From an uncultured delta proteobacterium (GTDB lineage Bacteria > Desulfobacterota > Binatia > Binatales > Binataceae): a DNA stretch of 64,000 nt. Position numbers and translations under genes: made by a program. The notes beneath the pieces were generated by a model. It did no database searches and was not told the origin of the DNA. It saw only the letters and a list, made by a program, of their open reading frames with translations. The first letter of the stretch is position 1, and each line of letters opens with the position of its first letter. The stretch is taken from NCBI GenBank assembly GCA_963711565.1, contig CAVQEQ010000001.1, positions 736,001-800,000 of the forward strand, given 5' to 3'. Below are positions 36,027 to 45,770 of the stretch, one piece after another.

Positions 36027-36896
36027 TCAGGCGCTCTTCTCCGCCGGCCAGAAGACGAGAGCGCGAACCTCGATGCTCTCGCGCGGCGCGGCGTCGTGCG
36101 CGCTGGTTGGATCCTCGAACGCCGAGTGAGCGGTGAAGCGCGCGCGGCCGTCCTCTTTCGAGTCGTAGCACTTGAGCAGAATCACTTCGTTTTTTTCGAG
36201 GCGCGGAAAATAGAACCAGCGATGGTTGGGATTGTAGGTGAAGCGATAGGTCTCGCCGACCTTGTCGCGGTAAACCAGATCGGACGCAACGAAGTCCTCG
36301 GGATCGATCGAGCTCGAATCGCAGACCGCGAGTGGCGTGGATTCAATCGGTCCGCGAATCGGGCGCCATACGTTGATTTCGGCAAAGCGATTCTGCAAGC
36401 GCGCTTCGGCCTCGGCAGGAGGCAGATGATCGCGGACCCGGCGCGGTCCGGACTTGGCGGTGTAGTCATTGTGAACCGCGCGGCCATATTCGCGCGCGTT
36501 CTTTTCGCCGCGCTTCGCCAGCTCGGCATTGCGCACCTGATGGTCGAAGACTACGACCTTCTCAGCGCCCGTGGCTTCCTTCAGGAGGCGCTCGACCTCG
36601 GGATAGTAGGTAGTCTTCACTTCGTTTTGATCGTAGAAGTCGCGCACTGCGGTCTCTTGATGCGTCAACTGGAAGCCCTGCTTGTCGAGCGACAAGTCGC
36701 GGACAACCTCGCGCGCGTTTCGAATCGGCACGTTGTGCGCGACGAATTTTCCAGTCGATCGCGGCGTTCCGGCTGGCGGCTCGTAGGCGTAGTAAACGGG
36801 CTTCTCGCTGTTGGGTTCGATGTAGTTGAGCGATGCTTCGATTGGAATTCCGGCGCGATTGCCTGCGGCTTCGTGTGATTCAGAGATTCTGTCCAT
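36027..36896 (-). CDS. CmcJ/NvfI/AsaB family oxidoreductase
   Basis: VHNDYT, INVWRPI, PLAVCD, KCYDS, HSAF, RESIEVR. Confidence 0.85.
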   Translation of the reverse strand: MDRISESHEAAGNRAGIPIEASLNYIEPNSEKPVYYAYEPPAGTPRSTGKFVAHNVPIRNAREVVRDLSLDKQGFQLTHQETAVRDFYDQNEVKTTYYPEVERLLKEATGAEKVVVFDHQVRNAELAKRGEKNAREYGRAVHNDYTAKSGPRRVRDHLPPAEAEARLQNRFAEINVWRPIRGPIESTPLAVCDSSSIDPEDFVASDLVYRDKVGETYRFTYNPNHRWFYFPRLEKNEVILLKCYDSKEDGRARFTAHSAFEDPTSAHDAAPRESIEVRALVFWPAEKSA

Positions 36897-36932
36897 TGTG
36901 CGTGAGCCTCCTTATAAATGCTCAGGGCGACA

Positions 36933-36959
36933 TTTAGCCAAGTAATTTGATAGACTTAC
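36933..36959. promoter_or_regulatory. putative Rrf2 operator, site 4 (between divergent cmcJ-cysK-cysE and rrf2)
   Basis: TTTAGCCAAGTAATTTGATAGACTTAC; its reverse complement GTAAGTCTATCAAATTACTTGGCTAAA closely matches site 1. Confidence 0.7.
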
Positions 36960-37079
36960 ATGGTTTTACGATTTCGAGTCAAGACTATTTGCTGAAAAGT
37001 GCATCACTGGACTTATATTATCTGCTAGATTGGAATACCTGATGATTGGAGCGAACGACCCAGGAGCGCAACAAGCCAA

Positions 37080-37538
37080 GTGATTTCCCAGAAATCGAAG
37101 TACGCGCTCAAGGCGCTGATCGTGCTCGCCGAAGAGTATGGCAAAGGTCCGACTCTGATCGCGGATATTGCAGCGCGCGAACACATTCCGCGCAGCTTCC
37201 TGGAACTGATTCTGCTGGAGCTGAAGAATCACCGCTTTCTGGACAGCCGCAAGGGACGCGGCGGCGGTTACTTCCTCGCGCGGCCGCCCGCAATGATCTC
37301 GGCGGGACAGGTGTTGCGCGCGATCGAGGGGCCGCTTGCTCCGCTGCCATGCGCGAGCAAGACCGCCTATCGGAAGTGTGAGGAATGCCACGACGAACGC
37401 ACTTGCGCGGTGCGGCTGATGATGTGCGATGTGCGCGAGGCGACGGCGCGCATCCTGGACTCGACGACGCTGGCGGACCTGCTCAAGCGCTCGCAGTTGG
37501 CAATGCACGGACGCGAAGTGCTCGATTTTTCCATCTAG
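37080..37538 (+). CDS. Rrf2 family transcriptional regulator
   Basis: KSKYALKAL, FLELIL, SRKGRGGGYFL, Cys cluster C-x8-CxxC-x5-C. Confidence 0.93.
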   Translation: MISQKSKYALKALIVLAEEYGKGPTLIADIAAREHIPRSFLELILLELKNHRFLDSRKGRGGGYFLARPPAMISAGQVLRAIEGPLAPLPCASKTAYRKCEECHDERTCAVRLMMCDVREATARILDSTTLADLLKRSQLAMHGREVLDFSI

Positions 37539-37990
37539 GCATCCCACGAGGAACGTCTCTTCGCGTAGCGAATACTGCGAACGCGCTGGCGCCGTCCGAC
37601 AGAGCGCAACTGCTTCGTCGGCAGCACGTCGGCGCGCAGTGTGCGCATTTGGCGGCGAAGCGGAGCGGGGTTGATTTCGAGCACTTCGCAAACGTACTCG
37701 AAGGAAAAAGGAACGGCTCCCGTTCTTGCTTCGAACCATCGCGCGACTTCGGCGAATTCGATGCGATCTGCTCGCCGCCGCGAATCGCGCAATCGCAGAT
37801 AGGTGCGGACGGCGTCCTCGAGCACGGCAAAAACGAGCCGCCTCTCACCGTCGAGAAACGCACTGCGCCGAATCAGGTCGTAGAACTGCACGGGCACGAC
37901 GGTGCCCAGCTCATATTCGGGGCCGGGAGAGGAGTGGCGGCGGTCGAAGTGTGCGGGGTTCTGGCTGCGGGCTTCAAGGCTTGAGGTCAT
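37535..37990 (-). CDS. conserved hypothetical protein
   Basis: Protein-like motifs PVQF, GERRLVFAVLEDAVR, FSFEYVCEVLEI. Confidence 0.7.
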   Translation of the reverse strand: MTSSLEARSQNPAHFDRRHSSPGPEYELGTVVPVQFYDLIRRSAFLDGERRLVFAVLEDAVRTYLRLRDSRRRADRIEFAEVARWFEARTGAVPFSFEYVCEVLEINPAPLRRQMRTLRADVLPTKQLRSVGRRQRVRSIRYAKRRSSWDA

Positions 37991-37993
37991 CGT

Positions 37994-38347
37994 TCAGTCC
38001 TTTAAGTGAATCGCTTCCTGGTTCGAAGCGGCCGGCGTTGCAATTTTTCGGTCGAGGTAAAACCTGGTCGCCGACGGGTAACAGCCGAAATGAAAAACTT
38101 TCTCGCCAGTTGACGCTTCAGAGACAGTGCCGCCGCGTGTGAGTTGTTCGCCTGCGGGCTTCAAGGGTTGCCGTTCGTCGCTATCCGGGGAGATTTCCAG
38201 CTTGTGATCGTAGAGCTCAGAGCGCGCCGGCTCGAAACTCGCGGCGATTCGCGCCAGCTCCGTGAGCCCATCAGATGAGGATGACTCCGGCTCCGCTTGT
38301 ACGAACCATGCAATGAAGCGACGACGACGTTTGCCTTTGTGATACAT
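37994..38347 (-). CDS. hypothetical protein
   Basis: ORF with GGAG RBS, 3 bp from the next gene. Confidence 0.45.
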   Translation of the reverse strand: MYHKGKRRRRFIAWFVQAEPESSSSDGLTELARIAASFEPARSELYDHKLEISPDSDERQPLKPAGEQLTRGGTVSEASTGEKVFHFGCYPSATRFYLDRKIATPAASNQEAIHLKD

Positions 38348-38399
38348 AGGTCACTCTCCTGCCAGTGCTGTTGAATCTGTGGAATAAGAGATTTCGTGA

Positions 38400-38522
38400 C
38401 GAATTGGTCGCGCGCCGCGCGCGCCCAATCAGTTGAATCGCGGCGACCAAGCCGCTCGCACCCCCACCGATGATCGCAATGGTGGCGGCCCGAGTTAAAG
38501 GACGAAGGGGGAGTTCGTTCAT
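38400..38522 (-). pseudogene. N-terminal remnant of an FAD/NAD(P)-binding protein
   Basis: MNELP...TIAIIGGGASGLVAAIQL Rossmann motif, then loss of similarity. Confidence 0.65.
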
Positions 38523-38528
38523 ATCCAA

Positions 38529-38555
38529 TTTAGTCAATCGAATTACTTGACTGAT
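38529..38555. promoter_or_regulatory. putative Rrf2 operator, site 5
   Basis: TTTAGTCAATCGAATTACTTGACTGAT with AGTCAA...TTGACT dyad. Confidence 0.7.
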
Positions 38556-38728
38556 TGACAATATCCAAAAGATACAATGTGAAGCAATAGAGTGAGCTGG
38601 ATCGTCCAAGATTGCACCGAATGCCCAGCACGTTCTCTGTGAGGTCTTCCGGGGTTGGACCTGAGCGCAGCGGATGAGCCAGAATCGGAGCGCGATCGAA
38701 ACCACTCAACCGTAAAAAGGCAAGCGCA

Positions 38729-39523
38729 ATGACAGACATCGTGAAAATCGCGGATGCGGGCCATGTCAGAACCATCACGCTCAATCGCCCGGAAAAAAAG
38801 AATGCGCTGAGCAATGCCCTCGCATGGGGTGTGATCGGTGCGATTGAGGATGCGGCGCGGACCGACGAAGTCTGGGTGATCGCGATTACCGGCAGCGGCG
38901 ACGCGTTTTGCTCCGGGTTGGATTTGTCCGGTGGCGATCGCTCTTCGCCGCTGTCGGCACAATCGGCTCAGCTCGATGACATTTCCTGGGTCGGCCATTT
39001 CCTCCTGGCGATCCGCAAACGGTGCGACAAACCTGTCGTCGGCGGCATCAACGGAGTAGCCGTAGGGGCCGGACTCGGTCTCGCCATGGCGACCGACGTA
39101 CGGCTGGTCAGCCGCGGCGCGAGGCTGATGGCCGGCTATACGAGAATCGGCGGTTCACCTGACGCCGGCCTTACGATCACCCTGCCGCAAGCCATGGGCT
39201 ACGAGCAGGCGATGCGTTTCATGATGGAGAACCGGACAGTGCTGGGCGAAGAGGCGGTCGCGCTAGGCATGGCCGGAGAAGTGGTTGATGACGCGCAATT
39301 CGCCGACCGCTTGGCGCGCTACTGCGCGGAACTCTGCCACTGGTCGCCCATCACGCTTCGGCTTCTCAAGCGCGGCATGGTGAAGTCGCTGGAGACGAGC
39401 GACATGGAACAGCAGCTCCGCTACGAGTTGTCCAATATTCGCATCGCCTTCAGCAGCGAGGACGCAAAGGAAGCGCGCAAGGCCTTCTTCGAGAAACGCC
39501 AGCCCGTCTTCAAGGGAAGATAG
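38729..39523 (+). CDS. enoyl-CoA hydratase/isomerase
   Basis: LNRPEKKNAL, AFCSGLDL, GINGVAVGAG. Confidence 0.92.
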   Translation: MTDIVKIADAGHVRTITLNRPEKKNALSNALAWGVIGAIEDAARTDEVWVIAITGSGDAFCSGLDLSGGDRSSPLSAQSAQLDDISWVGHFLLAIRKRCDKPVVGGINGVAVGAGLGLAMATDVRLVSRGARLMAGYTRIGGSPDAGLTITLPQAMGYEQAMRFMMENRTVLGEEAVALGMAGEVVDDAQFADRLARYCAELCHWSPITLRLLKRGMVKSLETSDMEQQLRYELSNIRIAFSSEDAKEARKAFFEKRQPVFKGR

Positions 39524-39635
39524 GACGACCTCGCCTCTTTTTTCTCGCCAGAAAGAACTTGGTTTGCTGAGATTTATGGAGAGTGAAGTCGCATAAGGTA
39601 GCCGCGAAGATTTTCGCGTGTTGGGAGAGTTCGCT

Positions 39636-40718
39636 ATGCCTGACAAGAATCATCAGATCGACGTCGAGAAAACGCAAAAATTCGCGCAGGAGGTCTTCAG
39701 TCACCTCGCGGGAGCACTGGTCTCGGGCATGATCCATCTTGGCGAACGCATGGGTCTCTACCGGGCGCTGAATGGTGCCGGTCCCCTCACCAGCGAAGAA
39801 CTCGCGCGCAAGACCGGTCTTAGTGAACGATGGGTTCGCGAGTGGCTATATCAGCAGGCATCCGCGAACGTAATAGACTACAGGGGTGAGTCGCGTTTTG
39901 AGCTCAGCCCCGAAGCTGCTCTGGTGCTGGCGGACGAAAACAGTCCCTTTTTTCTTGCCGGCGGTTTTTGTGCATTCCCACAGCAGATGGCGCTGTTGAA
40001 CGAACTGCCGCGGTCATTCAAAAGTGGACTCGGCCTGTCTTATGACCAGTTCGGTTCGGAAGTGAATGTCGGCGTCGAACGACTGCTCGCCCCGTGGTTT
40101 CGGACGCAGCTTGTACCCAACGCCTTGCCGAGGCTAGACGGCGTCGTCGCAAAGCTGCGTGCAGGAGCCAAAGCAGCAGACGTCGGATGCGGCGCAGGCG
40201 TTGCCATAATCGAGATGGCAAAGGCTTACCCGCGGTCGGAGTTTCACGGCTACGATATCGCTAAGTTGCCCCTCCAGCGCGGAGAAGAAAACGCGCGAAA
40301 GGCCGGAGTGAAGAACGTGCATCTGCATGACGCAGCCGTCGATCCTCTGCCGGATGATGCTAGTTGCGATTTCATCACAACCTTTGATTGCCTTCACGAC
40401 ATGACAAGGCCCGACCTCGTGATGCGGGCCATTCGCAAAGCCATCAAACCCGACGGAACGTGGCTGATCGCCGACGTTCACGGGATGCCGAGTTTCGAGG
40501 AGAACCTGAAGCAGAATCCGCTGGCGCCGCTCATGTATGGCTTCTCAGTGATTTGCTGCATGTCGTCAGCTCTTTCTGAGCCCGGCGGCCTGGGATTGGG
40601 CACGCTCGGATTTCCCGAACCGGTCGCCCGCAGGATGACGGCGGAGGCCGGGTTCAAGCGCTTCGCACCCAAAGACTTCGATAACCCGATCAACGCCTAC
40701 TACGAAGTCCGCCCATAA
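39636..40718 (+). CDS. class I SAM-dependent methyltransferase with N-terminal winged helix (Rv2258c-like)
   Basis: LSERWVREWL, ADVGCGAG, TFDCLHD. Confidence 0.9.
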   Translation: MPDKNHQIDVEKTQKFAQEVFSHLAGALVSGMIHLGERMGLYRALNGAGPLTSEELARKTGLSERWVREWLYQQASANVIDYRGESRFELSPEAALVLADENSPFFLAGGFCAFPQQMALLNELPRSFKSGLGLSYDQFGSEVNVGVERLLAPWFRTQLVPNALPRLDGVVAKLRAGAKAADVGCGAGVAIIEMAKAYPRSEFHGYDIAKLPLQRGEENARKAGVKNVHLHDAAVDPLPDDASCDFITTFDCLHDMTRPDLVMRAIRKAIKPDGTWLIADVHGMPSFEENLKQNPLAPLMYGFSVICCMSSALSEPGGLGLGTLGFPEPVARRMTAEAGFKRFAPKDFDNPINAYYEVRP

Positions 40719-40898
40719 CGGCCAGAGTTCCGCCGGCACCCCTGGGAAACGCCGCTGCAAAAGCGATAAATAAATTCAGCCTCGCGTTTGTCAAAGTAGA
40801 TCGTCACGACATTTCCAACACGATCTACGCGATTACTACGCGCGCACTTTCGTGCCGCTCAAAATCATCGCGAGCGGAGGTACGATTCGTCACCAAAA

Positions 40899-41639
40899 CT
40901 ACCGCTCCTTAGGGGTCACCGACAGCCTGGCTAGCTCCTCTGCGAGGATCGGTACGCCCATATTGCACGCCTGGACGCCCTGCACGACACACAACTTCAA
41001 CACCTCCATGATTTCTTCCATCGTCGCACCGAGCTTCAGCGCAGCGTTGATGTGGCGGCGCGTCCCCGGTGCATACATGTGAGTGAAAGATGCGTCGCAG
41101 GCGATGCTGAGCAGCTCGATCTCCTTGGGCGGCAGCACTCCGCTCCGGTACATGGGGATCGTGGTTGTAAAGAATTGATCGGTCCACAACGGATCAAGCT
41201 CGAAGAATGGATCCCATGCCGTATTCCACTGTCCTATCGTTCGCATTGCGTCGCAGGCTGGCGTAGCGGCAGACGTTTTTCGCGTCGGCCCTACTCCGGC
41301 GGCCTTAGCTTCCTCGAGAAGTATCGGCGCGCCCAGGCTGCACGAATGGATCGACATCAGAGAGCCCGCCTTTAGAACGAACAGAATTTCGTCGCGGGTG
41401 GCGCCGGCCTCAAGTGCTGCTCGAATGTGCCGGCGAGTGCCGTCTGGATTTAGATTGGTGCATGCCGCATTTATCGCGAGGCTGATCAACTCGGCCGTCT
41501 TGCGAGGCAGGACGGCCGAACTCCACGGATTTGTCGTCATCTTCGCGCAAGCTTTCGCCCACGCGGGATCCCACTCGCGCAGTTGCGCCAGCGCCTGATC
41601 CCACGGCCCCGTTTCCTGTGTCCGCTCATTGCTAGCCAT
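40899..41639 (-). CDS. carboxymuconolactone decarboxylase/AhpD family, two tandem domains
   Basis: Internal duplication GTRRHIRAALEAGAT / GTRRHINAALKLGAT. Confidence 0.88.
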   Translation of the reverse strand: MASNERTQETGPWDQALAQLREWDPAWAKACAKMTTNPWSSAVLPRKTAELISLAINAACTNLNPDGTRRHIRAALEAGATRDEILFVLKAGSLMSIHSCSLGAPILLEEAKAAGVGPTRKTSAATPACDAMRTIGQWNTAWDPFFELDPLWTDQFFTTTIPMYRSGVLPPKEIELLSIACDASFTHMYAPGTRRHINAALKLGATMEEIMEVLKLCVVQGVQACNMGVPILAEELARLSVTPKER

Positions 41640-41741
41640 TGCGGCCTCCTGTCAGACGCCGATCAGCTGACGTTCCGCGCCTGCGACTGATGATTTCCCG
41701 CGTATCTTCCCGTCAGTCCCGTGCACCAGGAACTCTCAACG

Positions 41742-42857
41742 CTACTCCACCAGCGGATGCCCATCGGAGCCGGAGACGTGCGTGGGAAGCTTCCCTTCCG
41801 TTTCGTACACGCGGAAGCCCTGTTCGCCTTCCTTGCGATTCGGCGGCAAACCCAGATTGAAGAGCGTTTCCTCGACGCTGTTGTACCACGTCCCGATTTT
41901 CATAATCCGATGAGCGTCTTCGGCAGTGGCGATCTCACGGCCCAGCTCACGCGCCATCCTGACTTGCTTTTCTATCTGCTTGACCGTGGGCATCCGCTGG
42001 CCTTTGTGGGTCCCCCACAAATTGTCCTCTATACCGCAGCGCGTATGCTGCCCGAGCGCAATACAAATGTTCTGGATCGGCCAATCCAGCCGCATGACGG
42101 ATTGATAGGTAAAGCGCGAGCCATGCGGGGTGCGGCGGATCAACTCCATCAGGTCAAATGGATTTGCGCCGCAGACGCCACCGCCAACCATGCTGAAAAA
42201 TCCGTTCATCGGTCCCATGTAAAGACCGCGTCGGATGAGGCGTTCAACAATCTCGAGATTGTGGACGTGGCCCAGCGCAAAGTAGGCCTGGATACCGTTC
42301 TTGCGCAGACGCTTCAGGTGCTCGATATAGAACTCGGGTGTCGCATCGGCAACCATCTGCGACCATCCCCAGATTACCTTTGGGTCCGTCAGCGCCGTGC
42401 CCTGGACGTCGTCCACAGACATAAGGGAGGTTACGTCATATAAGGAGGTGCCAATCGCGACGGTAATCTGGTCCGGCTTTGGCGTTATCTCCGCGAGCAG
42501 GTGGCGGGTGTCATAGCCGAGCCACTTTGCCTTCTCTCCTTCGGTCGCGGGGGCGAAAGAAATCGAGCCGCCAAGTTGCAGCACCATCTTCGGCACCGCC
42601 TTTCGCAGACGCTCGAGCAAATAGCCGTAATGGTCGAGAGTTTTGGAGATCTGGCCAGTTTGAGGATCGCGGCAATGGACATGCAGGATCGTGGCTCCCG
42701 CGTTGTAGCAATCCACCGCCTTCTGGATCTGATCGTCCCAACTGACAGCGATATCTTCCGGATAGTCGCTGGGTAGCCAGGCCGGTCCCCAAGGCGCGGC
42801 CGTGATGATCAATGGTTCCTGATTCTCCGGCAGCAACGAATCATCTGTGAAATACAT
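41742..42857 (-). CDS. beta-keto acid cleavage enzyme (BKACE/Kce family)
   Basis: LIITAAP, AGATILHVHCRD, TRCGIEDNL, GREIAT. Confidence 0.9.
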   Translation of the reverse strand: MYFTDDSLLPENQEPLIITAAPWGPAWLPSDYPEDIAVSWDDQIQKAVDCYNAGATILHVHCRDPQTGQISKTLDHYGYLLERLRKAVPKMVLQLGGSISFAPATEGEKAKWLGYDTRHLLAEITPKPDQITVAIGTSLYDVTSLMSVDDVQGTALTDPKVIWGWSQMVADATPEFYIEHLKRLRKNGIQAYFALGHVHNLEIVERLIRRGLYMGPMNGFFSMVGGGVCGANPFDLMELIRRTPHGSRFTYQSVMRLDWPIQNICIALGQHTRCGIEDNLWGTHKGQRMPTVKQIEKQVRMARELGREIATAEDAHRIMKIGTWYNSVEETLFNLGLPPNRKEGEQGFRVYETEGKLPTHVSGSDGHPLVE

Positions 42858-42994
42858 AGAGCTTCTCCTATTCGATAGAGTTGACGATTTTGGAATCTGT
42901 CAAACCACGGGAGCCAAGATAGGAGAAATCGAAACGCCAGGTTTGACATAAAGCGACATTAATTTAACATCCAAACACAAAGCGGATTTCTTCC

Positions 42995-44029
42995 ATGCAT
43001 TTGGTTCGAGCAGCAGCGCTAACGGGTTACGTCGAGCTGGCGGGCATCCTGAAGCTCAATCCATATCCGTTGCTTCAAGCGGTCGGGTTGCCTCGCGCCT
43101 GCCTTAACGACCAGGAGATGAAGATTTCGGCCGATGCGGTTCGCCAGCTCTTGGAGGATTCCGCAGCGCAGGCTCAGGTAGAGAATTTCGGACTGCGGCT
43201 CGCGGAAAACCGCCTGCTGTCGAATCTGGGTCCGCTGGCTCTCATCGTGCGCGAGGGTCCGACCGCGAGGAAAGCGCTCGAAGCACTGGTAAAATATATT
43301 CGATTACACAACGAGGCACTGAATCCTCGAGTCGAGGAGGAGCACGGCACGGTCACTGTAAGGCCGGAGCTCAGGCTCGAGAGACCGGTACCGGCGCGTC
43401 AGGCGGTCGAGTTGTCTCTGGGTGTCGTTGGCCAGGCACTCCGCACCTTTCTCGGCGATTCATGGAGACCCCGGGCGGTCTGCTTCGCTCACGGCGCGCC
43501 ACGCGATCTCTCCGTTCACAGGAGAATCTTCGGTTCGCGCGTCGAGTTCGGACGCGACTTCACCGGCATGGTCTGCAACGCGGAAGATCTCGAACAGCCA
43601 GTTCCGCATTCGGATCAGCTCATGGCGAAATACGCTCGTCAGTATCTCGATGGACTTCTGATAAACCGCGAGCTAAGCATGAGTGATCGAGTACGTGAGC
43701 TGCTGTGGGTTCGTGTGCCATCGGGCACCTACTCTTTGGAAGCCATGGCCAAACAACTCGGGGTTAGCAGCAGGACTATAGAAAGGCATCTCAAACAAGA
43801 GGGCACGTCCTTCTCCGCCTTGCTCAATCAGGTGCGCGCTGAAATGGTGGGGCAGTACGTCGAAGCGGCTGGCCGTCCGCTTTACGTCATAGCAGAACTA
43901 ATGGGCTTCTCCGCGCTAAGTGCGTTCTCGCGATGGTTCCGGGACGAATTCGGATGCAGCCCGTCAGAATGGCGCGCCACGGCCGGCCAGCGGCGTAGGG
44001 CGGCTTCCGAATCTCGCCTCTCAGGATGA
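42995..44029 (+). CDS. AraC family regulator (OruR/VirS-like)
   Basis: NFGLRLA N-terminal domain; LGVSSRTIERHL and IAELMGFSALSAFSRWF HTHs. Confidence 0.92.
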   Translation: MHLVRAAALTGYVELAGILKLNPYPLLQAVGLPRACLNDQEMKISADAVRQLLEDSAAQAQVENFGLRLAENRLLSNLGPLALIVREGPTARKALEALVKYIRLHNEALNPRVEEEHGTVTVRPELRLERPVPARQAVELSLGVVGQALRTFLGDSWRPRAVCFAHGAPRDLSVHRRIFGSRVEFGRDFTGMVCNAEDLEQPVPHSDQLMAKYARQYLDGLLINRELSMSDRVRELLWVRVPSGTYSLEAMAKQLGVSSRTIERHLKQEGTSFSALLNQVRAEMVGQYVEAAGRPLYVIAELMGFSALSAFSRWFRDEFGCSPSEWRATAGQRRRAASESRLSG

Positions 44030-44266
44030 TTTCGCCGCCGCCAACTCGCTCCCTGGCGGGAAATTCTGAAATGATTAAAGCAGCTGAGCTGGCAAGAGAG
44101 CATCATCGCCAACCATTCGCCTCCAATTCTGCGCTCTTGTCCCCGGTCGCTTCGATATATACGAAGACCTGGCCAACGAGATCGCCTGTCGAAATTGGCC
44201 TTCGTCGTTCGTTGCCTATTTGAATGCCCGACAACGGGCGCATCGAGAAAAATAGGGAGGCGGAAA

Positions 44267-44500
44267 ATGTACTTCATATGCATGGGATTCGAACGGCGCG
44301 GCGAATGGGCGCAACTGCCGCAGGCGGAGCAGCAACGGCGTATTCGCAAACATCAGGAAGGACTCTCACGCCTTTATGCAGAACGAGTCGCGACCGCGCG
44401 ACCTTACCTGTCGATGAGCGTCGGCTTGCATGACGACGCCGCCGAGACCGTAGTGCGCTACGACGGAACACACGCGGTGGTGACCGACGGACCATTTGAA
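44267..44500 (+). pseudogene. truncated YciI/DGPF-family protein
   Basis: VVTDGPF motif followed by an abrupt junction with the PLD remnant. Confidence 0.6.
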
Positions 44501-45356
44501 TGCGCAGTGATGATCGCTTTGCCATCCTTGACACCGTCAAGTTCAAGCCCGCGAAGCCGCGCGCCTTCGACGGCGGCTAACTTGAGCGCGTCGGCCATTA
44601 ACCCTGTTGAAGGGAACTTAGGTCGCTCTTCGACGATCGCCACTCCCGTGGAGAGCGTTTGAACACACGGCACCTGCGTGACCAGGACCGGCGCAGTCCG
44701 AGGTTGCAGACCTTCGCCGTTCAGTGAGGTTACAACAGATGCTCCGCGGATACAGCGTCAGCTTCACCCGCATCGCGCGTATAGTACTCATCGAAAGCGC
44801 GATAGGCTTCCTCGCCGTCAAAGACGACGTAGACTTCCTTGTGTCGGCCGGATAGCGCGGCGAGGCTCAGATTAGCCGAGCCGGTGATCACCCGGTAATT
44901 TCGAGCATTCGCGAGCAGATAGAGCTTCTCGTGACTCGGCATCTTCCGAAGCAACCGAAAACGCAACGTTTGGTCGGCAATGCGGGGGAGCAGCGCCATA
45001 CCCGACTTGCCGAGTTCAGCGCCGAGCCGTTCCACGAACGCCTTCTGGTCGGCGATCGCATCAACGAAGGTATACCCCCTAGCTATATGGCTCGCTTGTT
45101 CGAGTATCGCATGATCTCGCGAGAGGATTCTTTCTGAACCGAAGGTGATCTCTATGTCCCGGAACATTCCCGCAAGTTCAAGAATCAGGTCGAGGCCGCT
45201 TGAGTAGGTGATTGCCTTGAGACTATCGAAGCCCTCGAACAATTCTCGCCAACTCGCCTCTTGGCGAGATGTCATCGTGGCCCTGAACACTGTGAGCGCG
45301 CGCCGCTCGGATTGCGGCTTCTCTTGGAACAGACCGGCCGTCTCCATCTTCTCCAC
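44500..45356 (-). pseudogene. phospholipase D-like (NgoFVII-type) nuclease domain protein, frameshifted and truncated
   Basis: TYSSG, HEKLYLL, ITGSANLS; the reading continues in another frame after about 44735. Confidence 0.7.
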
Positions 45357-45770
45357 CTGCTCACCGCGCCGAAGCGAACACTAGCGCGTTTGTCCGTATC
45401 TCGCACACCCTAGCGTGAGGAAATGACAACGGTTGTCATCGAACCGGCCGAAGTGCCATCATAAACGGCACTCAGCTAACTAGCGCAATTTGGATGCCAG
45501 CCCTCCGCTCAAACCCCTATCAACAGGCGATCGAAGCGATGGCGGTGCAGCCCGGCGTCGAATGCAGGCGAATCAATAGCGATGATTCGCGGACCTAGGT
45601 AAATTGCGCCCGGATAGGTTTCGCGAGATTCCCGCAGTTTGTGCCGACGGAGAGATCGAATCCGGTCCGCGGTTTGGGCACGCGCCTGCGCGACCGATCG
45701 GCGCGCGACTGAGCGACAGCGTGACCGCACCTGCTGCGCTTAAGCGAGCGCGCCGCGACCGGATTAATCT

